Notes under the pieces: model-generated
What the model was told of the DNA's origin: nothing
The model's input: only the letters and a program-made list of their open reading frames with translations
Database searches by the model: none
Translations under genes and position numbers: made by a program
Assembly: GCF_036960685.1 (NCBI RefSeq)
Contig: NZ_JBALXK010000003.1
Location: 244,172 to 308,171, forward strand
DNA length: 64,000 nucleotides
Source: Pseudoalteromonas sp.
Lineage (GTDB): Bacteria > Pseudomonadota > Gammaproteobacteria > Enterobacterales > Alteromonadaceae
Direction: 5' to 3'
In this document: positions 19,478-27,516 of the stretch, piece by piece
Layout of the letters: every line of letters starts with the position of its first letter
Numbering within the stretch: position 1 is the first letter of the stretch

Positions 19478-20482
19478 GTGATGACAATACAAACAAATAG
19501 TCCGTTAGTAGAGCAGCGTGCCGACCCATTTGTGCATAAGCACAACGATGGCTTTTATTATTTTACAGGTTCAGTGCCTACGTATGATCGTATTGAGCTG
19601 AGAAAATCAAAAACATTAGCTGGTTTAAAAGACGCAGAAACGGTTGATATTTGGTTTAAGCACGAAAGCGGTCCTATGAGTCGTCATATTTGGGCACCAG
19701 AAATTCATTACTTAGACGGCAAATGGTATATCTATTTTGCTGCTAGTGAAGAAGGTGATATTTGGGCTCTGCGTCCGTATGTACTTGAGTGCAAAGGCCA
19801 AGATCCGCTCAATGATGAGTGGGTTGAGCTTGGTATGATGCAAGCGGCTGAAGGTGATGATAAGTCATTCACTGATTTTTCATTAGATGCGACTATCTTT
19901 GAGAATAATGGCAAACGCTATTTTTGTTGGGCTGAAAAAACCGGTGGGCAATTTGCAGCATCCAACTTGTACTTAGCTGAGATGGAATCACCAATCAAGT
20001 TAAAAACAGTGCAGTTTATGCTTACAACCCCTGACTATGATTGGGAACGTGTCGATTTTTGGGTGAACGAAGGCCCGGCGGTATTAAAACACAACGGCAA
20101 AATCTTTATTGCATTTTCAGCCAGTGCCACAGGCGCATGTTATTGTATGGGTTATATGGAAGCAGATGAAAATGCTGACCTACTTGATCGTAACTCATGG
20201 ACTAAAACACGCATGCCAGTGCTTGAAACAGACGTTGATAAGAAGATTTTTGGCCCAGGTCATAACTGTTTTACTGTTGCAGAAGACGATGTAACGCCGC
20301 TATGTATTTATCATGCACGTGATTATGAAGATGCTATTGGTGAGCCAAGTGTAGTGCCAAAAACAGATACTCGTCCGCTTGCAGAAATAGTTAAAGATCC
20401 GCTTTACGATCCAAATCGTCATGCGCGGGTATTTGCAGTGAAATACGATGAAAACGGCAAACCTGTATTTGAACTGTACTAA
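19478..20482 (+). CDS. GH43 glycosidase (arabinofuranosidase/xylosidase type), no signal peptide
   Basis: RADP, WAPEIH, SLDAT, VNEGP and GPGHNCF catalytic motifs. Confidence 0.9.
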   Translation: MMTIQTNSPLVEQRADPFVHKHNDGFYYFTGSVPTYDRIELRKSKTLAGLKDAETVDIWFKHESGPMSRHIWAPEIHYLDGKWYIYFAASEEGDIWALRPYVLECKGQDPLNDEWVELGMMQAAEGDDKSFTDFSLDATIFENNGKRYFCWAEKTGGQFAASNLYLAEMESPIKLKTVQFMLTTPDYDWERVDFWVNEGPAVLKHNGKIFIAFSASATGACYCMGYMEADENADLLDRNSWTKTRMPVLETDVDKKIFGPGHNCFTVAEDDVTPLCIYHARDYEDAIGEPSVVPKTDTRPLAEIVKDPLYDPNRHARVFAVKYDENGKPVFELY

Positions 20483-20493
20483 AAAGTATAAAA

Positions 20494-20545
20494 AAGCCAC
20501 CGAGTAGGTGGCTTACTAACGGCTATTAGTTTACTAATAGCCGTT
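20494..20545. terminator. Two back-to-back terminator hairpins between convergent genes
   Basis: aagccacc/ggtggctt (20494-20514, A-run on the left) and aacggctattagt/actaatagccgtt (20518-20545, T-run on the right). Confidence 0.75.
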
Positions 20546-20559
20546 TTTTAATGTCGGTT

Positions 20560-21708
20560 TTATAGTGCGACTAAACTTTGCTCTAGCATTGCTTTAATTT
20601 GCTGCACTATTTTGGCCTCAGTTGCGGGGTCAAATTGTGCGATACGCGGGGTGTGGATATGGCCAGTTGGAATATCCGAATTAAGCTCATCACGCAGGCG
20701 AATACTGCGATACGAAATTTCGTTCGACAGATAACCACCGCCGCCACCTTTAACAGCTATAGCTCCTTCAAGCTCTGCCAGTGTTTTTGCTTCAAACGCT
20801 TTCTCAAGGGTTATTACTTTGTGGTTATCGTTTATCTTGAATTGCCCTTGGGCTTGCTGCATTTGCGAGACAGGTAAGCTAAATTGCACAAACTCACTAC
20901 CGGGTAATGGGCGGTCATTAAGACTTGGCACCAACGGTGCTGTTGCTGTGCCACCGTAAACGATATTAGCATTATCTGGCGCTGTTACGCTGCGGCGCTT
21001 ACCTGGAAACCGCTCAAGATCAAATTCTTTACCGCCCATGCTTACAGTAACAACCATATCTACATTATTAACTGCGTAATAAGGCGCAAGCAGCTGCTCA
21101 ATAATACCTTGATCAAAGTCCTCATAGCGTACAGGCACCATCACGGTATTAATTTCAGCGGTTATACCATTGTGGGTGATCACTTGGCCATCGAGTAATA
21201 ATGCCGCTACGCCTGAAGGATTGCTTTGATTGATATTTCTATCCAGTAAAAACGGATCAAACCCCGTTAGTAAAATCTTTTTATTAGTGTTTTGCGAGTA
21301 AGCTAAATCGGTGCGGCCACGACTGCCATTTTCAAGCAGTGTTAGCAATGTACTTTGCTCTGCTGATGTAATTGGAAAATCAGGTTTTGTGGTGCGGATC
21401 GCTTTACTTGAAAGTAACCGTGCCCAGTAAAGCTCGCGATCATCATAGCTTTTACTTGTTATGATACGTTGCTTTGCATCCAGCCATAGTTGGCTTGAAT
21501 AATCATGGACTAAATCAGTCGCCTGTTTATAGCTTTTTAGGTTTTTCCAGCGTTGCTCAAATTGAGTTATCTCTTTAGAAAATGCGGCTAAAACCTCTGG
21601 CATGGCGGTGCTGGCTTTTTCAATGCGCTGTTCTTCAACTGTTAAAGAGGCACTTATTGTTGAAAAGGAGGATAAAAGTAAGCTCGTGCTTAAAATTAGT
21701 TTGATCAT
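20560..21708 (-). CDS. Secreted pyroglutamyl-peptidase-I-like (C15 fold) protein with Ser at the catalytic Cys position
   Basis: ILLTGFDPF, SNPSG, DLERF, GGGYLSNE and GHIHTP motifs; signal peptide. Confidence 0.75.
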   Translation of the reverse strand: MIKLILSTSLLLSSFSTISASLTVEEQRIEKASTAMPEVLAAFSKEITQFEQRWKNLKSYKQATDLVHDYSSQLWLDAKQRIITSKSYDDRELYWARLLSSKAIRTTKPDFPITSAEQSTLLTLLENGSRGRTDLAYSQNTNKKILLTGFDPFLLDRNINQSNPSGVAALLLDGQVITHNGITAEINTVMVPVRYEDFDQGIIEQLLAPYYAVNNVDMVVTVSMGGKEFDLERFPGKRRSVTAPDNANIVYGGTATAPLVPSLNDRPLPGSEFVQFSLPVSQMQQAQGQFKINDNHKVITLEKAFEAKTLAELEGAIAVKGGGGGYLSNEISYRSIRLRDELNSDIPTGHIHTPRIAQFDPATEAKIVQQIKAMLEQSLVAL

Positions 21709-21861
21709 GTGTGTCCTAAAAATATCTGCTAATGAGTAGGCTTTTGCTTACTATCCTACTGTTATAATGTGAGTGCAAATTAAAACGATAGTTGGCTAAT
21801 CCTAGAGGCAATGCTAGCAAACTGTTATCCTTCACGCATTAGAAGTAACAGAGTAAATAAT

Positions 21862-22110
21862 ATGATCAACGATAACGATTTAATCGACACCCTTGAAGAG
21901 CTAGAAGCATTTTTATTACTGATTGATAATGGCGGCCTAGGTTTAAAGAACGTAGCGGGGGTGGCGTTAGCCACCAATAACACTAACGGTCGCCCGTTTG
22001 TCGCGGTACTTGATGATGACCATAAGTTGCTTTTAGGGCGTTGGGTAACGCAAGAGGTGTTTGAAAACGGCAAGGACTTAGTGCGTCGCGGCCCGCAGAA
22101 AACGCATTAA
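21862..22110 (+). CDS. Small hypothetical protein
   Basis: 82 aa from ATG 21862 (track start 21811); globular-looking composition. Confidence 0.65.
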   Translation: MINDNDLIDTLEELEAFLLLIDNGGLGLKNVAGVALATNNTNGRPFVAVLDDDHKLLLGRWVTQEVFENGKDLVRRGPQKTH

Positions 22111-22251
22111 GGTTCAGTGTTATATCAAATAAATGGCTCAGTGCTGGTGGTTTACTTAAGCTCACTTTTTTAATCTTATTTTAATGTTGCTGATAAGTCT
22201 TTTTTAGATACTTTCAATACTATGACTTTATCAATTTTATTAAAGGCATAA

Positions 22252-23130
22252 ATGAAAGTGAAACAAAAAAAAGCAGCAATTTTTGCAAAATGTGCATGGT
22301 TAATGAGTGTGTCTACAGTGGTTGTAACCAGCGCAGTTGTCAGTGCTGAGACTATTAATGATAGTGCGGTTGCTGAGCAGCGAGCTGTGCTTGAGAAAAA
22401 TACTCATGGTAAAGGCTTTGGGCCACAATCTCCGCGTGATATCGACCAATATTATGGTACCAACTTACGTAGCTTTGCAAAGGCACCCAGTCGTAGTGAT
22501 CTTAATTTATGTAATATTCATTTTCATAAAAACGCTGAACATAAAGGCGGTGAGTTTACTACCTTTGCAGGCAATGGTGATGGCAAAGGGCATAATACTG
22601 GTTACGTCTACGATGGCATGTTGTCAGCAGCACAACTAAAGCCTGTTGAGGGTAAGGTATGCGCTGCAAAAGCTGATTCATTAAAAGTGGGTGATACTCT
22701 AGAGGTACACTTTGTGTATTCGTCAGCACAAGTAAGCCCAGGGCCGACTTTAGGTGCTTGTTTGGCGGATAGCACGATGAACCCTGCTTTTCGTGTCGAA
22801 GGACAGGTAATTGTGCTGGCTAATGATAAACAGGCTGTTAACTTTGGTGAGCTTGCTGAAATTGAGCAAGTTAATGGTTATTATCAAGCACCCAATATAC
22901 CGACAAATATGGGGATCCCGGTTGAATATCTAGGCTCAACCACGGGCCCTGCTTACAATGAAAAAGCATCACCAATTCAGGTAAGTTGGAGTGTGCGGCC
23001 ACTTGTCGCCGTGGTAGATATAAACAGTGTTAGCGAGTGGTGTGATGATAATGTATTTAATGAAGATCACGCCCATGGTGTACGTAACTTAGTACAAAAC
23101 CCTAAATTATTGTCACCTATCTCTCAGTAA
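22252..23130 (+). CDS. Delta-class carbonic anhydrase-like secreted protein
   Basis: LCNIHFHKNAEH, EVHFVYSS, GPTLGAC, YLGSTTGP and HAHGVRNLV motifs; signal peptide. Confidence 0.75.
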   Translation: MKVKQKKAAIFAKCAWLMSVSTVVVTSAVVSAETINDSAVAEQRAVLEKNTHGKGFGPQSPRDIDQYYGTNLRSFAKAPSRSDLNLCNIHFHKNAEHKGGEFTTFAGNGDGKGHNTGYVYDGMLSAAQLKPVEGKVCAAKADSLKVGDTLEVHFVYSSAQVSPGPTLGACLADSTMNPAFRVEGQVIVLANDKQAVNFGELAEIEQVNGYYQAPNIPTNMGIPVEYLGSTTGPAYNEKASPIQVSWSVRPLVAVVDINSVSEWCDDNVFNEDHAHGVRNLVQNPKLLSPISQ

Positions 23131-23145
23131 TCATAAAAAAATTAT

Positions 23146-23166
23146 GCGCGAGCACTCGGCTCGCGC
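23146..23166. terminator. Hairpin between convergent genes
   Basis: gcgcgagc-actcg-gctcgcgc, preceded by an A-run. Confidence 0.6.
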
Positions 23167-23843
23167 TATCTTAAGCTCATTCGGTAGCCATTGCCGCGCA
23201 AGGTTTGAATAGCTAAATTGGGCTGCGTTTCTATTTTCTTTCTGAGTCGGCTGACATACACATCAATAATATTGGTATTGGGCTCACTGTAAGTTTGCCA
23301 GACCCTACTTAGTATCCGCTCACGGGACAATACCTTGTCTTGGTTTTCAACAAAATACAGCAGTAGCTCAAACTCAATTTTAGTCAGTGGTAATTCTTGC
23401 TCGTTAAGTAAGGCAATACGTTGCTGAATATTCAGCGTCAATGAGCCGATATTTAGCGTTGTTTGATTCTGCTGTTGTGGCGCTGTCATACGCCGTTTTA
23501 AAGCGAGGACACGGGCTAATAGTTCATCAAAATCAAAAGGTTTGCACAAGTAATCGTCAGCGCCCATTTCCAGCCCTTTAACCCGCTCGGGTACTTCATC
23601 TAATGCGGTTAACATCAAAATCATAGGAGGATTAGGAAGAGTTTTGAGTACCTCAAGTATTGTTAAACTATCTTGGTTGCCAAATAGTCTATCGAGTATC
23701 ACTATATGCGGCGAATTTTTTTTAATAAATGGCAGTACTTCATGTAATTCATTAATGCTGGTGCATTCATAGCCTTCGCTACGTAATCCTCGTGAGAGAA
23801 AATTTAACAGCGGTTGCTCGTCATCTGCGAGTAAAATATTCAT
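23166..23843 (-). CDS. OmpR/PhoB-family response regulator
   Basis: Receiver domain (ILLADDE, LD, GADDYLCKPF) and wHTH (DVYVSRLRKKI, TLRGNGY). Confidence 0.95.
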   Translation of the reverse strand: MNILLADDEQPLLNFLSRGLRSEGYECTSINELHEVLPFIKKNSPHIVILDRLFGNQDSLTILEVLKTLPNPPMILMLTALDEVPERVKGLEMGADDYLCKPFDFDELLARVLALKRRMTAPQQQNQTTLNIGSLTLNIQQRIALLNEQELPLTKIEFELLLYFVENQDKVLSRERILSRVWQTYSEPNTNIIDVYVSRLRKKIETQPNLAIQTLRGNGYRMSLR

Positions 23844-25438
23844 TATGTGTATCCCAGTGGTAGAGCAACAGAAAATACCGAACCTTGGCCTTGCGTTGAG
23901 GTAACACTGATTGTGCCATCGTGAGCCTCAACAATGGCTTTTGCGATTGGTAGGCCAAGCCCTAAGCCCTCACTATGTTTACTAAAACGCACAAAGCGCT
24001 CAAAAATATTGTCAACTTCAGCTGCTGAGATCCCTTCGCCATAATCTTTAATGGCAATGGTGAGCATTGAGTTGGCCTTAGCTAGCGTAATTTCGATTGG
24101 TTGATCTGACTTTGAATACTTAATTGCGTTATCAAATAAAATCGCCAGTACTTGTTGGATCCTTTGCGTATCAATAGTCACAAGTAGTTCGTTTAAGTTT
24201 GCATCGGCGTCGAATGTGATCGTTCGAGTTACATTGAGTTTTTGCCATTTGACAACCTCTGACTCAACCAAGGGTATGATTGTGGTTGGTGTAACCTCAA
24301 GGTTTATTTGGTTCATTTCAGCCCGCGTTAATAGCAATAAATCATCTACTAAGCGGCTTAAACTGAGTGCTTGCCCAAGTATTGACTGTAACGTTTGGTT
24401 AAAGTCATCAACCGACACAGACTGCATGCGCAGTGTTACTTGTGCCTCGCCACGAATGATGGTCAGTGGTGTACGCAGTTCATGTGATACATCAGCAATA
24501 AATTGGCGGCGCCTTGAATCAATTTTAGTAAGCAGCAGGTTGGCTTCAGTGAGTTCACTGGTACGCTGTTGAACTTCAAGTTCTAATTGTTTTCTTGATT
24601 GTATTGCGTTTTTTTCGTGCTCTTGCAGGCGCAGCGCAAGTTGGTTTATCGATGTGGCGAGTTCTTCAAATTCATCATCGAGCGTTACTGAAATTGGCTT
24701 TTGATAGTGGCCTAACGCAATCGAGTTGGTTGCGTTAGCAATTAGTATTAGTGGTTGATAGAGCTGGTTAAACAACCAATAACAACCGTACAAGATTAAC
24801 GGAATAGAAAGCGCACCTAAGCCAATTGCAAACCATAAAATGGTGGTGTTGAGCATCTCAATTTTGGCATTGAGTGCTGCAACTACTTTGCTTTGCCGTG
24901 CTACAGCAGAGTTGATTGCTTCTCTAAATTGATCATCAATTGTGACCTCAAGTAAACGCTTTAGCTGCGCTTGCTGATTTAAAGGGGCTGTATTACCGCT
25001 ACTAACTACGGCTCTAAATTCAACGGTGATTTCATCAATGAGTCGTACCAGTTCATCGGTGTCTTCAATGCTACCTTTGGTAAAAGATAAGCCGAGCGCG
25101 TTACGCTGTTCGATCTCTAGTTTTTTAATTTGACTGATTGATTGTTGGATCAGGTTTTGCTTTTTACGAACATAGGCTTGGTTAGCATTTTGGCCAAAGA
25201 TAATTTCATCGGTTAATTGCTTAAATAACCGGTAAGAAATGCTCGAGAGCTTTTCATGTTCGACCAATAATGACTGAGCAATATTACTTTGCTGCAAATT
25301 TTCGCGAGTTAAATGAGCGGAGATTGCGGTGCTCAGTAGCGCCAAAAATAAAATAAAAGCGGTGGTTAGACCAAAGTAAAAAAGTTTGCGCTTGTACATA
25401 GAGATTGACTGAGCTAAAAAGGTTAACAAAGGGTACAT
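23843..25438 (-). CDS. HAMP sensor histidine kinase
   Basis: Two TMs, HAMP, SHELRTPL, DNAIKYS, DYGEGI and GLGLGL boxes. Confidence 0.95.
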   Translation of the reverse strand: MYPLLTFLAQSISMYKRKLFYFGLTTAFILFLALLSTAISAHLTRENLQQSNIAQSLLVEHEKLSSISYRLFKQLTDEIIFGQNANQAYVRKKQNLIQQSISQIKKLEIEQRNALGLSFTKGSIEDTDELVRLIDEITVEFRAVVSSGNTAPLNQQAQLKRLLEVTIDDQFREAINSAVARQSKVVAALNAKIEMLNTTILWFAIGLGALSIPLILYGCYWLFNQLYQPLILIANATNSIALGHYQKPISVTLDDEFEELATSINQLALRLQEHEKNAIQSRKQLELEVQQRTSELTEANLLLTKIDSRRRQFIADVSHELRTPLTIIRGEAQVTLRMQSVSVDDFNQTLQSILGQALSLSRLVDDLLLLTRAEMNQINLEVTPTTIIPLVESEVVKWQKLNVTRTITFDADANLNELLVTIDTQRIQQVLAILFDNAIKYSKSDQPIEITLAKANSMLTIAIKDYGEGISAAEVDNIFERFVRFSKHSEGLGLGLPIAKAIVEAHDGTISVTSTQGQGSVFSVALPLGYT

Positions 25439-25506
25439 TGAAGGCTTTTGCTAAGCAATAGAGCTTACACTTAATAGCACTGAGGAGTTATTTGAAAATG
25501 AAGCTG

Positions 25507-25557
25507 AAACAGGTAAGTTAAAACAGGTAAGTTAAAAAATATAAGTTAAGCAGGTAA
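25507..25557. repeat. 14-bp tandem repeat upstream of the kinase gene
   Basis: aaacaggtaagtta twice exactly, then the degenerate copies aaaaatataagtta and agcaggtaa. Confidence 0.8.
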
Positions 25558-25576
25558 AAACTATTACCTGCTTAAC
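25545..25576 (-). terminator. Stem-loop after the MFS gene
   Basis: Perfect 13-bp inverted repeat gttaagcaggtaa / ttacctgcttaac. Confidence 0.65.
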
Positions 25577-25593
25577 TGGAGCAGAATACATCG

Positions 25594-26955
25594 CTATTTT
25601 TTCAGCTCATTGGCTAGCTCTTGCTCGGGAAAATCTTTAAAAAGATCACCTTGTGCGTTGTCTTTCGGTGCGGCATCGTTATCTTCTTCATATTCATCAT
25701 CAATGTCATCGACCACCAGCATTTGTTCATGAGCGGTGGTCTCTTCAATCCGTGGATCCATGGTTGCAGCCAGTGGTGAATTGGTGACATCAGACGTACC
25801 GACCACGTAATCACTCGACTCTGGTTGCTCTACTTTTTGCTTTGAGTTTATGAAGGTAAGTAATAAATACATCACCACAGTTAATGAAGCAAGTGACGCA
25901 TATAACGCTTGATGGCCAAAATAACTCATGATCTGCGCATTTGCGGTTGAACCAAGGGCTGCGCCTGCACCAAAGGCAACCAACAATGCAGAAGATACGC
26001 CAACGCGCTCTTCATCTTCAACACGGGAGTTAGCCAACGCTGATGATAACGGGTATAAGGTAAAAGCAAATAAGCCGAATACAAATGTCAGTATAAAGGC
26101 GAGTGTTTGCGAAATAGGCAGTAAAAACAAGGCAAGACTGACCACGCAGATAGCAACTGCATTACTGCGTAATAACACACTGCGACGTACTCTATCTGAT
26201 AGCATTCCCATGGGCCATTGGGCTAATAAACCGGCTAAAATAGTGGCGGACATAAAAATGGCAATTTCCGACGAACTAAAGCCTGATAGCTTTGCAAAAG
26301 TAGGCGCAAGGCCGTAAAAGCTACCATTAATAATACCCGCAAAATGCACCGCAGTCATAGATTGTGGTACTTTTTTAAAGTAATCAAACAGGCTTACTTG
26401 TATTGGCTTTAATGGCTTGGGGTGGATTCTACGCGTGATGGAAATTGGAATAATACCAATAGCCAGCGCCATACAAACTAAAAACAGTGGCGCATAACCT
26501 AACTCTGGAAATTCAGCTAAAGCAAATTGGCCTAAAATAGTGCCTAAATATGAGGTGATCATATAAAACGAAAACACTCTACCACGAGACTCAGGAGCCG
26601 CTTGTTCGTTAAGCCAGCTTTCCAGCACCATGTAATTGCACATCATACCCAGGCCTACACAAAGTCGTAGGCCAAGCCAAACATAGATGTTATCACTTAC
26701 CCCATGCGCTGCTACACACGCTATTACAGCGGCAGTGCTGGCAGTAAAGGTTCGAATATGACCGACCGACTTTATAAGGTGATAGCCAAGCTTAGCCCCC
26801 AATAATAAGCCGAGGTAATAACATGAGGTTATCAAACCTATCCATAAGGTTGACGTACCATGCTGCCCTAAATAAAGGGCTAAATAGGTGGTTAGTAGGC
26901 TGGTGCCAATAATTAAGAAAAGGTTGGCAAAATATAACGAAGGAAATGATTTCAT
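25594..26955 (-). CDS. MFS transporter (YcaD-like)
   Basis: 12 TMs, ESWLNE...RGRVFS and GMLSDRVRR motifs; acidic C-terminal tail. Confidence 0.9.
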   Translation of the reverse strand: MKSFPSLYFANLFLIIGTSLLTTYLALYLGQHGTSTLWIGLITSCYYLGLLLGAKLGYHLIKSVGHIRTFTASTAAVIACVAAHGVSDNIYVWLGLRLCVGLGMMCNYMVLESWLNEQAAPESRGRVFSFYMITSYLGTILGQFALAEFPELGYAPLFLVCMALAIGIIPISITRRIHPKPLKPIQVSLFDYFKKVPQSMTAVHFAGIINGSFYGLAPTFAKLSGFSSSEIAIFMSATILAGLLAQWPMGMLSDRVRRSVLLRSNAVAICVVSLALFLLPISQTLAFILTFVFGLFAFTLYPLSSALANSRVEDEERVGVSSALLVAFGAGAALGSTANAQIMSYFGHQALYASLASLTVVMYLLLTFINSKQKVEQPESSDYVVGTSDVTNSPLAATMDPRIEETTAHEQMLVVDDIDDEYEEDNDAAPKDNAQGDLFKDFPEQELANELKK

Positions 26956-27111
26956 TTATATACAAATTATTAGCTTGGACAACTAGATACTAGAATAATC
27001 AAAGGGATTTTCCAAGTAATAAACACCAGCGTGCTCATCGGTGCATTCAGTTAGACAAACTTTGCTTGAGCAATTACCATAGCCGCAGAATGATTTTTAC
27101 AGAGTGCTATT

Positions 27112-27447
27112 ATGTCGTTGCCTGCTTGCCCTAAATGCCAATCTGAATATGTGTATCAAGATCTAAGCTTATTGATTTGCCCTGAGTGTTCGCACGAATG
27201 GGACCCTAAAAGTGATAGTGATGAAGACACAGTTATAGTCAAAGATGCTAATGGCACCTTATTGGCAGAAGGCGATAAAGTCACTGTTGTTAAAGATTTA
27301 AAAATTAAAGGCAGTTCGCAAGTCATTAAGATTGGCAGCAAAGCCGTGATCCGTTGGATCAAAGACAGTAAAGACCACCAACTTGATTGCAAAGTTGATG
27401 GTGTGGGTGAAATGATGGTAACAGCCAAGTTTGTGAAAAAGGCCTAA
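27112..27447 (+). CDS. yjdM: PhnA/YjdM zinc-ribbon protein
   Basis: [15 protein letters not shown] and [22 protein letters not shown]. Confidence 0.9.
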   Translation: MSLPACPKCQSEYVYQDLSLLICPECSHEWDPKSDSDEDTVIVKDANGTLLAEGDKVTVVKDLKIKGSSQVIKIGSKAVIRWIKDSKDHQLDCKVDGVGEMMVTAKFVKKA

Positions 27448-27516
27448 CTAATTAATTTATAGCTCATTTCAAGGCCTTTGCATGGTTTAACTACAGCTCG
27501 TAGATGGAAATTAAAT

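Noticed and set aside
25507-25557. Tandem repeats as a CRISPR array
   Set aside because: The units are 14 bp and directly adjacent, with no spacers and no cas genes.
27112-27447. PhnA as evidence of a phosphonate operon
   Set aside because: YjdM/PhnA zinc-ribbon proteins are not C-P lyase components, and no phnC-P genes are present.
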